Counted from the stretch's first letter, positions 9,475 through 19,407 are shown. The stretch is DNA of 52,414 bases from Gemmatimonadaceae bacterium (GCA_036514115.1 DATBXT010000081.1:1-52414), one strand, 5' to 3'. The notes: generated from the letters alone by a model not told the origin. Translations and numbers: made by a program.

Positions 9475-10859
9475 CGATCGCCTCCGCTAGCGGTTAGCAT
9501 CATCTCTTTTTTCCCTTCGGGAACTACGGTCAGTACGATTTTCGGTTGACCGAGATAGGTTTTTGCGACTCTCTGAACATCGGCGGCTGTCACGCGATCA
9601 TAACGTGCCGCGTCCTGCTGCACGTAATCGGGGTTGCCGATGAAGTAATTGTAGGAGTTCAGAACTTCGGCCTTGCCAAGCACGCTCGCGAGGCGATTCA
9701 GAAAGCTGGCCTTGTAGACGTTCTGCGCGCGTTGAAGCTCCCGCTGGGTGACGCCGTTGCTGATGATGTTGGCGATCTCGGTTCTCACCACACGATCTAT
9801 GTCGGGAACTTTCTGACCGGGTTTGGGCGTGACTTCGATCTGGAATTTGCCATCGAGGCGGGACCCATCCTGAAATGCGCTGACGTTCTGCGCAGTTTGC
9901 AGCTCGTACACCAGTTTCTTGTAGAGACGGGAGTTCTTGTCGTTCGCTACGATCTGAGCCAGAAGGTCGAGGGCGGCGTCGTCCTTCGAGAATCCCTTCA
10001 CCGAGTGCCAAGTGTAGAACACCCGCGGGAGCTGGACCTTGTCCTCGAGGACGAGGAAGGTATCACGGGGAATGGAAACAGCGGGAACGCTCACGCGACG
10101 CTTCACTTCCGGACCGCGGGGAATCCCGCTGAAGTACTGCGACACCAGCTTCTTTACAGTTGGCGGATCAAAATCGCCGGCGATCGTCAGCGTTGCGTTG
10201 TTCGGAGCATAGTAGGTTTTGAAGAAGTTCTGCACATCTCCCAGAGATGCGGCGCTCAGATCCGTCATCGAGCCGATCACCGGCCATGAGTACGGGTGAG
10301 ACCTTGGATACAGTGCGGCCAGAATGATCTCGTCGGCCCGGCCGTACGGCACGTTGTCCACACGCTGTCTGCGTTCGTTCTTCACCACATCGCGCTGCAG
10401 ATCGACCTTGGGCAGGTCCATCGTCGGCAGCAGAAATCCCATCCGATCCGCATCGAGCCAGAGCGCGAGGGGCAACGCGTTGGAGGGCAGGGTTTCGTAA
10501 TAGTTGGTGCGGTCTTCGGTTGTCGAGCCATTGTTGTTCGCGCCCGCGGCCTCGAGCAACTGGTCGAACTGTCCGACGGCAACATGCTGGGACCCCATGA
10601 ACATGATGTGCTCGAAGAGGTGCGCGAACCCGGTGCGGCCCAGCGCCTCGTCTCCGGAACCAACGTGATACCACGTGTCGACCGCAACAATCGGCGTGGA
10701 ATGGTCTTCATGCAGAATGACTTCCAGGCCGTTGGGGAGCGTGTACTTCTCGAACCGGATTTTGGGGATTGCCTGGCCACCAAGACCGGGTGGCATCGCC
10801 GCAGCCGTTAATAAGTAGCCGAGCGTTACTAAGTACATGGACGATCTCTTTCTGATCAC
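9471..10859 (-). CDS. M16B zinc peptidase, catalytic subunit with signal peptide
   Basis: Basic/hydrophobic N-terminus, GFAHLFEHIMF (HxxEH), VVKNERR. 4-nt overlaps with both neighbours. Confidence 0.9.
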   Translation of the reverse strand: MIRKRSSMYLVTLGYLLTAAAMPPGLGGQAIPKIRFEKYTLPNGLEVILHEDHSTPIVAVDTWYHVGSGDEALGRTGFAHLFEHIMFMGSQHVAVGQFDQLLEAAGANNNGSTTEDRTNYYETLPSNALPLALWLDADRMGFLLPTMDLPKVDLQRDVVKNERRQRVDNVPYGRADEIILAALYPRSHPYSWPVIGSMTDLSAASLGDVQNFFKTYYAPNNATLTIAGDFDPPTVKKLVSQYFSGIPRGPEVKRRVSVPAVSIPRDTFLVLEDKVQLPRVFYTWHSVKGFSKDDAALDLLAQIVANDKNSRLYKKLVYELQTAQNVSAFQDGSRLDGKFQIEVTPKPGQKVPDIDRVVRTEIANIISNGVTQRELQRAQNVYKASFLNRLASVLGKAEVLNSYNYFIGNPDYVQQDAARYDRVTAADVQRVAKTYLGQPKIVLTVVPEGKKEMMLTASGGDR

Positions 10860-11503
10860 AGCTTCCTCTCGAAAAAGAAGGCGAGCGGTGCTTTCACCGA
10901 CTCACTGAAAATATACTTCCATCTCTCTTCCCGATTGGGAGAGATCGGACTGGTCTGAGTCGGCGAAGTGTACGGCGTAAAACCAAATCGGCGTGCGAGT
11001 ATCCGCAGCCGCAGCATGTGGAACGGATCGCTTACCAGGAGTGCGCTCTGCAGGCCGCGAACCTCGAGGATTCCGGCGACTGCGCGCATGGACTCGCTCG
11101 TTGTTCGCCCCGCATCTTCTTCGAGTATGGCGGTATCCGGAACGCCGTGCTTCCTGGCGTAGGTTCGCCCAACGGCGGCTTCACTCGTCGTGTCGCCGAC
11201 GCCAGTTCCCCCGGTAAGAATCAGAAGCGGAGCAAGGCGGCGGTTCCACAAATCGAGCCCATGATCAAGCCGCGCCCGAAGTACGGGCGAGGGTTTTCCC
11301 GCGTATTGCGCCGCGCCAAGGACAACGATGGCCTGAGCAGGCCGGGCTTCGTCTCTGTTACTCCAGGTGAAAACGGCGGAGAGGGACACGATCCAGAAAA
11401 TAAAAACTACGGCCACGAGTACGGCGAGAACCCGTCGTGCGAACCTCGCAATTTGTCTGGCTTTCGCTGCCGCTTTCGCTGCTGCCGCTCTCGCGCGTTT
11501 CAT
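10856..11503 (-). CDS. YdcF/ElyC/SanA family (DUF218) membrane protein
   Basis: AIVVLGAA, LRARLD, LILTGG, SEA, TTSES and LVSDPFHMLR motifs. Start reset to ATG 11503 to avoid the long overlap with the upstream gene. Confidence 0.85.
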   Translation of the reverse strand: MKRARAAAAKAAAKARQIARFARRVLAVLVAVVFIFWIVSLSAVFTWSNRDEARPAQAIVVLGAAQYAGKPSPVLRARLDHGLDLWNRRLAPLLILTGGTGVGDTTSEAAVGRTYARKHGVPDTAILEEDAGRTTSESMRAVAGILEVRGLQSALLVSDPFHMLRLRILARRFGFTPYTSPTQTSPISPNREERWKYIFSESVKAPLAFFFERKL

Positions 11504-11516
11504 TCTGGAAACTACG

Positions 11517-12899
11517 CTAGAAGACGTGCCTCGTGTGAGGCTCCGGGCATTCCACGGTGTAGCCACGCGCGGTGAGCGCTGTCCTGAATTCGTCCTGGAC
11601 ATCGGCCTCGCCGTGCACGAGCCAGATCGGTCCCAGGTTCGGTGATTTCTCTTTCACCCGGCCAAGCCAGTTCGTCATCTCGGTCCTGTCTGCGTGGGCG
11701 CTGTATCCGTCGATAATCTCGACTCGCGCATTAAGCGGGACATCGTCACCGAATATCTGCAGAACCGGCTGGCGCTCTACGACCCGGCGGCCAAGTGTGT
11801 GTTCGGCTTGAAAGCCGACGACCAGTATGGTGTTGCGAGGGTTGCTCGCCCCCTGCGCGAGGTGATGCACTATGCGCCCGTTCTCCATCATTCCTGAGGC
11901 GGCGATTATGACCATTGGCCCGTTCGCCCGCGAGAGTGCCTTCGACTCTTCGACATCGCGGGTATAGTGGAGCAGCTCGAACTGAAAGAGCTCCTTTGCT
12001 TTCTGAACCATCTCTTCGGAGCGGTCGAAGGTCTCGGGATGCATCTCGAACACCGTCGTTGTATCAATGGCGAGCGGGCTATCGACATAGATCGGTATTG
12101 GAGGAATTGCCCCTTCACGCACGAGCCCGTGCAGTGCGTAAATCATTTCCTGGGTCCGGCCTACGGCAAACGCGGGGATGAGCACCCGACCCCCGCGCGC
12201 GGCCGTTTCTCTTATGACCTGCGCTAACTGCGCCCGGGCTCCTTCGACAGACTCGTGATCGCGGTTGCCGTACGTCGATTCCATGATCAGCGCGTCCGCG
12301 CCTTCAGGCGGGACGGGATCACGAACGATCGCCAGTCCCGTTCGGCCAATGTCGCCTGAAAAAACAAGGCGTTTGGTTTTGTCACCCTCGGTGCAGTCGA
12401 TGAGCACGGAGGCGGAGCCCAGAATGTGGCCGGCGTCGACGTACGTCGCACGAACGCCGGGCACCACATCAAAGGTTTTGTTGTACGGAACTCCGACCAT
12501 TAACTCCATCGTACGTACGGCATGTCGAAGCCCGTAGAGGGGCTCGATGAATCCCTTTTTGTGTTTGGCGAGAAACTCCGCGTCCCTTTCCTGAATGTGA
12601 GCTGAATCAGCGAGCATGACCGCGGAAAGATCCCGCGTTGCGGAAGTTGCCCAGATAGTGCCCGAATACCCTTCGGCCACCAGGAAGGGAAGACGGCCAG
12701 AATGATCTATGTGCGCGTGGGAAAGGATGACAGCGTCCAGATCTTCGATGGGGAGTGGAAGCTTCCGGTTCTTGTCGGCGCTTTCCTGCCGCTTCCCCTG
12801 AAACATCCCGCAGTCGAGCGCCACTGTACGACCATTTACATGCAGCAGATGACAGGACCCTGTAACCTCACGGGCCGCGCCGACAAATGTTATTTCCAG
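11517..12899 (-). CDS. Metallo-beta-lactamase/beta-CASP family ribonuclease
   Basis: HAHIDHSG, AGHILGS, FSGDIG, ESTYG, AFAVGRTQE, SAHAD and VHGE motifs. The conserved N-terminus (L)EITFVGAAREVTGSCHLL extends 25 codons upstream of the ORF-track start, to a CTG at 12899. Confidence 0.9.
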   Translation of the reverse strand: MEITFVGAAREVTGSCHLLHVNGRTVALDCGMFQGKRQESADKNRKLPLPIEDLDAVILSHAHIDHSGRLPFLVAEGYSGTIWATSATRDLSAVMLADSAHIQERDAEFLAKHKKGFIEPLYGLRHAVRTMELMVGVPYNKTFDVVPGVRATYVDAGHILGSASVLIDCTEGDKTKRLVFSGDIGRTGLAIVRDPVPPEGADALIMESTYGNRDHESVEGARAQLAQVIRETAARGGRVLIPAFAVGRTQEMIYALHGLVREGAIPPIPIYVDSPLAIDTTTVFEMHPETFDRSEEMVQKAKELFQFELLHYTRDVEESKALSRANGPMVIIAASGMMENGRIVHHLAQGASNPRNTILVVGFQAEHTLGRRVVERQPVLQIFGDDVPLNARVEIIDGYSAHADRTEMTNWLGRVKEKSPNLGPIWLVHGEADVQDEFRTALTARGYTVECPEPHTRHVF

Positions 12900-12903
12900 A
12901 GAG

Positions 12904-13080
12904 CTATCCTTCTGCTACCGCGTCGCGCTGAAAGAGGATGGTCAGGCGCTGCTCGTCCTGTGACATCAGCGCTGGCTCCCACCCACCTCTGCTTCTCTCA
13001 TTGAGAAGATCGGTTAGAGTATCTTCGTCTTCGCGAGTGTGACGGGTGAGTTTGACCACCACAGCCTGGTATTCTTTCAT
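12904..13080 (-). CDS. Small protein, DUF4177-like (58 aa)
   Basis: MKEYQAVVV...LLNERSRGGWE...ILFQR matches the EY...LN.....GWE...F.R pattern of DUF4177-type proteins. Start reset to ATG 13080. Confidence 0.6.
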   Translation of the reverse strand: MKEYQAVVVKLTRHTREDEDTLTDLLNERSRGGWEPALMSQDEQRLTILFQRDAVAEG

Positions 13081-13143
13081 CAGGGATTGGAGATTATGAG
13101 CCGGTGAGCATCTACAATGCCGTGCCGGAAATTTGGGGTCAGG

Positions 13144-13794
13144 ATGATTGAGCGCGTAAAGGAGTTCCCGTCTCTGACTATTATCCGGCATCCGCTTGTT
13201 CAGCACAAGCTGACGATTCTGCGCGACCAAAAGACCGAGACGAAGCACTTCAAGGAGCTCGTGGACGAGATCGCCATGCTAATGGCGTACGAGGCAACCA
13301 GTGAACTCAGTCTTGAGCCCCGGGAAGTCTGCACGCCACTGGAAAGTGCTACCGGTTACCACATCAGCGGGAAGAAGCTGACGCTCGTTCCCATTCTGCG
13401 CGCCGGCCTCGGCATGGTCGAAGGTATTCTCAGGCTGGTCCCGTCCGCTCGCGTGGGACACATCGGTCTCTACCGTGATCATGCCACCCTGCAGCCCGTC
13501 GACTACTACTTCAAGGTCCCGGGGGACACTGCGGAACGCGATTTTTTTCTGCTGGATCCGATGCTGGCGACAGGAGGCAGTGCCGCCGCGGCCGTGTCTT
13601 CACTTAAGAGAGCGGGGGCCAACCGCATTCGCTTTCTCTGCCTGGTGGCTGCTCCAGAGGGAGTTCACTACCTGAGCAGCGCTCACCCCGATGTGCAGAT
13701 CTACTGCGCGGCGCTCGATCGCGGACTGAATAGTCAGGGGTACATTCTGCCGGGTCTCGGAGACGCCGGCGACAGGCTGTTCGGAACGAGGTGA
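13144..13794 (+). CDS. upp: Uracil phosphoribosyltransferase
   Basis: [34 protein letters not shown] and [16 protein letters not shown] motifs. Start set at ATG 13144. Confidence 0.97.
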   Translation: MIERVKEFPSLTIIRHPLVQHKLTILRDQKTETKHFKELVDEIAMLMAYEATSELSLEPREVCTPLESATGYHISGKKLTLVPILRAGLGMVEGILRLVPSARVGHIGLYRDHATLQPVDYYFKVPGDTAERDFFLLDPMLATGGSAAAAVSSLKRAGANRIRFLCLVAAPEGVHYLSSAHPDVQIYCAALDRGLNSQGYILPGLGDAGDRLFGTR

Positions 13795-13795
13795 T

Positions 13796-14446
13796 CTAGC
13801 CGAACCACTCCCTCGGGTTCAGCCGCTGTTGATCAGCGGCGTCGATGACCCACTGCTGATTCTGCAGGTCGGTCACCTCGTTGGGCACTGCCTCGAACCA
13901 GGCTGCTGCTTTCCGGACGTCGCCGATTCTCCTCCAAAGCTCTCCGACCAGGTAGGTCAGGATCGCCCGCTCTTCTCTGGGCACGCCGTCGTATGCGCTC
14001 AGCGCCTCTTCGAACATCCACGCTGCGTGCCGGCGGAAATACCTCTCCGCCTCGACGTCACCTTCGTCGACACAGCACCACGCTGCTCTTAGAAGGAGGT
14101 CGGCGATGTGCCTTGGGTCGGTGCCCTGCCAGCGAGCTACCTTCGCGGCAGCCTCATACTTCTCAGAGCCACAAACGAGTGCTGGCCGAAGAGGAGCGAG
14201 CTCCTTGAATACCTGCTGCTTCAGCACAGGGCTGACGTCAGCGGCAGTGGTGAAGTCGGCTTCTCCCCCGGAGTAGCCGCACTCGCTGCACATATGTATG
14301 AGATAGGCGAGCGGTTGGGTCCCGGCGGCCCGCTCATGAAAATCCGTGCGCTTCCCGCCGAATGCATTCGTCGAGACCACGCTCTGAGATTTGAACTCAT
14401 TGTCACACACGGGGCAACGAAGCTCGATTGCACGCAGCGTTGTCAT
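13796..14446 (-). CDS. DUF2225-like protein (CxxC...CxxC zinc ribbon plus helical C-terminus)
   Basis: CPVC...TDF...CSECGY...LLRAAW...YLVGELWRRIG pattern. Strong SD GGAGGAG before ATG 14446. Confidence 0.7.
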   Translation of the reverse strand: MTTLRAIELRCPVCDNEFKSQSVVSTNAFGGKRTDFHERAAGTQPLAYLIHMCSECGYSGGEADFTTAADVSPVLKQQVFKELAPLRPALVCGSEKYEAAAKVARWQGTDPRHIADLLLRAAWCCVDEGDVEAERYFRRHAAWMFEEALSAYDGVPREERAILTYLVGELWRRIGDVRKAAAWFEAVPNEVTDLQNQQWVIDAADQQRLNPREWFG

Positions 14447-14543
14447 AGCGTCTCCTCCTATCCAGACCCGTGTACCTCGTTTGCCAAATTGGATAGGGAA
14501 TAATTGTGCCAACACTGAGATTTTCCGGTGAAGGAGATCGGCC

Positions 14544-14572
14544 TTGTTGAGAAATTGGGTCGATTGTATCTT
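14544..14572 (+). promoter_or_regulatory. Candidate sigma70 promoter for the HExxH protein gene
   Basis: TTGTTG-17 nt-TATCTT, ~50 nt upstream of ATG 14622. Confidence 0.4.
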
Positions 14573-14621
14573 CTCGCATCGCAAAAACGCGAATGCCTCC
14601 CAACCCGCGACCTGGTGGTTG

Positions 14622-15560
14622 ATGCTCATCAACCTACTGCCTGACTTCTTCGCAGTTCACAACAGTACAGACCGTGTCGCCGCCTATCTCCGCTACTTCG
14701 AAACCCACCGTCGCTTCCTTGAGGCCTACTGGCACAACTACGTATTAGATCCCGCCGGACCTCATTTTCTGGAAGTCGTTCGATCCGCAGCACTTGCAAG
14801 CCGCGTAGACCTCCGTACAATGCTCGAGAGAATCGATGTCGTCTCTCTCGCCCGAAACACTGAAGAGCAATGCCGTACCCTCTTTGAGAGTGACACCGAC
14901 GTCGATGTTGTTCTCATGGTTGGCGTAGGCGCGGCCAACGCCGGTGAGCTCGTCGTCGAAGGAAAGGGCGTCGCATTCGTTTGCCTGGAGCATTTCACCA
15001 GCGTGACCAATCCGGAAACTCAGGGTCTTGGTCTGGATCCCGAGCTCATTCCGCTCTGGCTCGCTCACGAAATCGCTCACACGGTCCGGTATACCTCTCC
15101 GACCAGCCGCAGTGAGCTCAAACAGCTCATCGATGATGCCGGCGGCTACTACTCCTACTGGGAAACCGGTAGACGTGCGAGTCTCCGCGAGCTGATGATC
15201 AACGAAGGACTCGCCACGGTTGCTTCCCGGACGATCAGTCCCGGACATGCTGCCTGGGAATATTACGGCTACACCAGGCGTGAGTATGCCACCGTCCGCG
15301 AGCTGGAGCCGGTTATGACCCGCGCAGTTGGCAACGACCTCGATCGCGCAGGGCTGGGACTTCGTCTCAGGTACCTGTCGGGTGGAATGAGCGACGATGC
15401 TCGTACCGTCGATCGTCACATCTTCCCCGAGCGTAGTGGTTATTTCCTCGGCACCAAGATGGTCGAGGCGGCAGTGAACACGCGCGGTTTGGCATGGGCC
15501 ATTAGAGCAAGCGCCGCTGAAATCACATCGATCGCCGGCTCTTCCGCAGCATCAGCCTAG
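14622..15560 (+). CDS. Putative Zn-dependent protease (DUF2268-like, HExxH)
   Basis: WLAHEIAHTVR followed by INEGLA (third ligand E) and a late GYFLG motif. Start reset to ATG 14622. Confidence 0.65.
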   Translation: MLINLLPDFFAVHNSTDRVAAYLRYFETHRRFLEAYWHNYVLDPAGPHFLEVVRSAALASRVDLRTMLERIDVVSLARNTEEQCRTLFESDTDVDVVLMVGVGAANAGELVVEGKGVAFVCLEHFTSVTNPETQGLGLDPELIPLWLAHEIAHTVRYTSPTSRSELKQLIDDAGGYYSYWETGRRASLRELMINEGLATVASRTISPGHAAWEYYGYTRREYATVRELEPVMTRAVGNDLDRAGLGLRLRYLSGGMSDDARTVDRHIFPERSGYFLGTKMVEAAVNTRGLAWAIRASAAEITSIAGSSAASA

Positions 15561-16919
15561 CTATTTACCCACACAGAAAGAGCTGAATAGCCGGTCGAGC
15601 ACATCGTCTACATCAAATGTGCCGACCAGCTCCTCCAACTCCGAAACAGCGGTTCGCAGATGGACCGCGGCGACAGTCGCCGGTAGTTTCTGGCTCCGCC
15701 AGGCTTCCAGAAACCGGGCAACCTCCTCGAGAGCTGCCTCAAGTGCCTTTCGGTGGCGAACGCGCGTAAGAATCGGCAGATCATGGGGAAGAATTCCCTG
15801 ACGCTGGTCGATCGCGCTATCGATCGCTGCCAGCAGCTCCTTCAAGCCGGATCCTGTCTCGGCGCTCACGGAAATTACTGGCGACGGGATATATTCGCTA
15901 TTAGCGACTAAGTCAGCTTTTGTACGGACACGTATCATGGGCGATCCGGTTCTCTCAGCGATCGCCCCGGAGATTTGCTCCAGCCCCTCGACGTTCTCGG
16001 CGCAGGCCAGCACTACCTCCGCACTGGAGAGGTACCGTTCACTTACTTCGATACCGAGCTTCTCGATCCGATCATCGGTATGCCGAAGACCTGCGGTATC
16101 CACCAGGCGCAGTGGCCACTTGCCGGTATCGACCACGCCCTCGAGTGCATCGCGTGTGGTCCCGGGAATGTCAGTCACAATTGCTCTCGATCTGCCGATG
16201 AGAGCGTTGAACAGCGAAGATTTGCCGGCGTTCGGCGGTCCGGCAATAACCACAACCGCTCCCTCACGAACTATCTCACCTACCGGGGCCGTAGAAATGA
16301 GCTGGTCGAGTAGCTCCAGTACCGATGCCGCTGCTGCTTCGACCCTGGCCCGCGGAATTGGTCCATCATCTTCTTCGGGAAAGTCAACATCGTAGGCAAT
16401 GAGCGATTCCAGCTCGAGGAGCTTATCCCGCAGACCGATTAGCCGTCGCGACAGACCGCCGTCGAGTTGATTGATAGCCGCCCGCTGCATGGCACGTGAG
16501 CTGGCGTCGATGAGATCGCCGATCGCTTCGGCCTGCACGACATCCAGCTTCCCGTTGAGCACTGCTCGGCGGGTGAACTCGCCAGCGAGGGCCTGCCTTG
16601 CTCCCGACTCCGTTAGCGCCGCAACTATTGAGTTAGGTACCAGGGAACCACCGTGTGTTGATAACTCGACGGTGTCATCTCCGGTGAAGGAGTTTGGTGC
16701 CGGATAAAAGGTCACCAATGCTTCGTCTAGTTTCTCGCTCCCACGAAAGAAACCGCTCAGCCGTGCGAGACGAGGTTCTCCCGGCATGTGCCTTACATGC
16801 TTTGCGGCAATGGCGAATGCGTCCGGACCGCTCAGCCTGACCAGCGAGATTGCGCCCCGTCCGGGTGCTGTCGCAACGGCGACGATCGTGTCCTGGTGCC
16901 GGAAAACGTCGGAGCTCAC
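15561..16919 (-). CDS. mnmE: tRNA modification GTPase MnmE (TrmE)
   Basis: DTIVAVAT, GEFTRRA, GPPNAGKSS, GTTRD, DTAG and terminal FCVGK. Confidence 0.97.
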   Translation of the reverse strand: MSSDVFRHQDTIVAVATAPGRGAISLVRLSGPDAFAIAAKHVRHMPGEPRLARLSGFFRGSEKLDEALVTFYPAPNSFTGDDTVELSTHGGSLVPNSIVAALTESGARQALAGEFTRRAVLNGKLDVVQAEAIGDLIDASSRAMQRAAINQLDGGLSRRLIGLRDKLLELESLIAYDVDFPEEDDGPIPRARVEAAAASVLELLDQLISTAPVGEIVREGAVVVIAGPPNAGKSSLFNALIGRSRAIVTDIPGTTRDALEGVVDTGKWPLRLVDTAGLRHTDDRIEKLGIEVSERYLSSAEVVLACAENVEGLEQISGAIAERTGSPMIRVRTKADLVANSEYIPSPVISVSAETGSGLKELLAAIDSAIDQRQGILPHDLPILTRVRHRKALEAALEEVARFLEAWRSQKLPATVAAVHLRTAVSELEELVGTFDVDDVLDRLFSSFCVGK

Positions 16920-17704
16920 ACGCTCCCGGTCGGCAGCTCGAAAGTCGTTCCCGGCTCCAGGATCTTCACCGCAGGATGCAGCGGGTGGTCCTGCAGCGTC
17001 TGCCGCAGCCTGTCGATGGCGTCGAACGCCGTCGACGTGACGTGATTGAACGTTCCCCAGTGGTAGGGGATGAAATATTTGGCCTTTAGCCTCTCGAACA
17101 ACGTCAGGGCATCGTTACTGGTCAAATGACCTTTGCGGAACCCAGGCTTCCACCGCGGTGCATGTCCGATCGGCAGCAGAGCCAGATCCAGGACACGTCC
17201 TTTTTCCAGAAGATGCTTTTCGACCAGGTGCGTAGTGTCGGGCATCAGCGCCGTGTCCCCCGCGAAGAAGCAGGAGGTTTTGTTAGTATCTATCAGATAC
17301 ATATTAGCTGCGCTACGCCAGCGATCTATTCCGTATCGATTTCCCTTATGAGTCGCCGCTGCCGCGCTGATACTTACCCCGTTGAGCTGTGCAGCCTCTC
17401 CAGGCGCGACCGGTACCGCGTGAGAGTATCCTTGCTTCGACAGCCACTTGGCGACCGGAGGAGGAGCGAACAAAGGAATGTCGGACGGCAGCGCATCCAG
17501 CGAGTCGAAGGACAGGTGATCAGCGTGCGCGTGCGTTAGGAGGATCGCGTCCAGCTTCGGTAACTCAGCGAGCGGAATCCCGGGAGAGCTTACGCGACGC
17601 AGGAATTTGCCGAGTGCCGGATCGAAGTTGGGGTCGGTCAGAATGCGCCGTTCTCCCAGCTCAATTAGTAGCGTTGCGTGACCAATATACGTGACACGCA
17701 GCAT
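16916..17704 (-). CDS. MBL-fold metallo-hydrolase (RomA/NAPE-PLD-like)
   Basis: TYIGHAT, LTDP, THAHADH, FAGDT, LPIG and PYHWGTF motifs. Start reset to ATG 17704. Confidence 0.85.
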   Translation of the reverse strand: MLRVTYIGHATLLIELGERRILTDPNFDPALGKFLRRVSSPGIPLAELPKLDAILLTHAHADHLSFDSLDALPSDIPLFAPPPVAKWLSKQGYSHAVPVAPGEAAQLNGVSISAAAATHKGNRYGIDRWRSAANMYLIDTNKTSCFFAGDTALMPDTTHLVEKHLLEKGRVLDLALLPIGHAPRWKPGFRKGHLTSNDALTLFERLKAKYFIPYHWGTFNHVTSTAFDAIDRLRQTLQDHPLHPAVKILEPGTTFELPTGSV

Positions 17705-17712
17705 CCTTCCCC

Positions 17713-19407
17713 CTATCCCGCCGGTCGCGTCTTCGCCCGCTCGCGAGCAAGCATCCACTGTTGTGGGAGCGCGGCAATGTTCTGAGCGGTGTAGTACAGG
17801 TTGAGTCCCGAGGCCATGTTGATCAGCACCACTGTCATCATCACCGGGAACATGTAGCCCATCATCTTCGCCTGTGGATTTGGAGGAGCATTACGCATTC
17901 CAATCCACGAGAGCACATACATGGATGCGCCCATCAACAGCGGCAGAATGTAGAAGGGGTCCTTCACCGAGATGTCATGCAGCCAGAGAAACGGAACACC
18001 CCTGAATTCGATCGTGTTCTGGAAAACGAAGAACAGCGCGAAGAGGATCGGCATCGGCAGCAGCGCGGGTAGACAGCCAGTCAATCCGGCAAAAGGGCTG
18101 ACGCCAGCGTCGTTGTAGACTTTCATTATCGCTTCCCGCTGCTGCACCGGGTCTTTGTACTTTTTCTGTGCCGCCGCAAGCTTGGGCTGCAGCTCCTGCA
18201 TCTTGAGGCTGGAGCGCATAGTGCTCTGATTGAGAGGCCATAGCGCGAGCCTTACCAGAACTCCGAGGATTACCAGCACCCACCCGTACGTAAGGTTCAA
18301 CCGGTTGTGCATCCACAGCAGCGCCTGGATGACCTTGGATGCGATTGGGTGAACCACTCCCTGGAGAAATCTCCAGCCATACGGATTCACGTGATCGAAA
18401 TCGCGGCCGACGCGCGACAGTCGCTGCGACTCCTGTGGACCAGCATAGATGTCGTAGGAAAACGCCCCGTTCCGAATCTCCTGGACTACGTCTGCGGCCG
18501 CCGTTGTCGCGACCTTCGAGGTCCGAGGCCCACCCGTGAGATTCGCCTCACTGAAGGGCGTTCCGTTTGGATGCGCCAGGATGCCGAAGACGAAGTACTT
18601 GTTCTTGACCGCTACCCAGTTGAGTGGGCCGGCTTCAAGAGTCTTTTCTCCAGGATCCAGACTGCCGAAGAGAACGCTGCGAGAGTGGTCTTTCTGTGGC
18701 TTGAAGCTGTAAGCCAGCGTTCTGTGGTCGCTGACTGTGTCTGCCTCGGTGGGTTCTACGGTTTTCGGAAGCCCGCTAATTAGATACGCCGGTGACTGAA
18801 CGCCACTCAGTCGTCCGTCGACCCGAATTAAATAGCTGGCACTCGTATCGTGCGGAACTGTGTAGGAAATTGAGACGTTGTGGGTTCCTGCTGTAGCCGC
18901 GTAGGTGACTGTCTCGTCGCCAGTCGCGGTTTTGCCATGAGAGGGTACGAAAGAGAGCTTCGATAGATCTACCGTGTCCGTTGCAGTAATCAGCCGGTAA
19001 CTCAACAAGGGGCCGGCCAACGAGCCGAATGTGACTGGACCACCTTTGATTGATCGATTCATGTAGTCCCGGAGCACTACTGACGAAGGTGCCGCGCCAA
19101 TATTGCTGAAGACGTAAATCGCTTTGGCAGTGCTGACGGACCTAGTTTCAGCGGCAACGGCCGCCGTGGCCTTTTGCCCTTCGCTCCCGGTTGCGGGACG
19201 GATCACCGCGCCGACCGCAGAAGCAGCTGGAGAAGAAGTGGCGATGCTTTCAGTCGAGCGCGCAGTGGAACTCGCGTGAGCAGCTGAGTCACGCATATTG
19301 GCTGCTTGCTGGGCCGACCGAGTCGACTTTGGCGGCGGAAAAAGAAGCTGCGAAAGTGCAATCACGATCAGCGACAGAAAAAGAGCCAGAAAAAAACGCT
19401 TATCCAT
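17713..19407 (-). CDS. yidC: Membrane protein insertase YidC
   Basis: N-terminal TM, periplasmic domain, YAGP, YGW, GCLP..PMPI, FLWLHD, DPFYILP; canonical position. Confidence 0.96.
   Translation of the reverse strand: MDKRFFLALFLSLIVIALSQLLFPPPKSTRSAQQAANMRDSAAHASSTARSTESIATSSPAASAVGAVIRPATGSEGQKATAAVAAETRSVSTAKAIYVFSNIGAAPSSVVLRDYMNRSIKGGPVTFGSLAGPLLSYRLITATDTVDLSKLSFVPSHGKTATGDETVTYAATAGTHNVSISYTVPHDTSASYLIRVDGRLSGVQSPAYLISGLPKTVEPTEADTVSDHRTLAYSFKPQKDHSRSVLFGSLDPGEKTLEAGPLNWVAVKNKYFVFGILAHPNGTPFSEANLTGGPRTSKVATTAAADVVQEIRNGAFSYDIYAGPQESQRLSRVGRDFDHVNPYGWRFLQGVVHPIASKVIQALLWMHNRLNLTYGWVLVILGVLVRLALWPLNQSTMRSSLKMQELQPKLAAAQKKYKDPVQQREAIMKVYNDAGVSPFAGLTGCLPALLPMPILFALFFVFQNTIEFRGVPFLWLHDISVKDPFYILPLLMGASMYVLSWIGMRNAPPNPQAKMMGYMFPVMMTVVLINMASGLNLYYTAQNIAALPQQWMLARERAKTRPAG

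Noticed and set aside
11460-11485. Short direct repeat GCTTTCGCTGC x2
   Set aside because: Encodes the AAAKAAAK low-complexity N-terminus of the DUF218 protein; not an array.
18382-18398. TTCACGTGAT partial parS-like site in yidC (similar half-site at ~29481 in polA)
   Set aside because: Matches little more than the central 6-8 bp; too degenerate to call.
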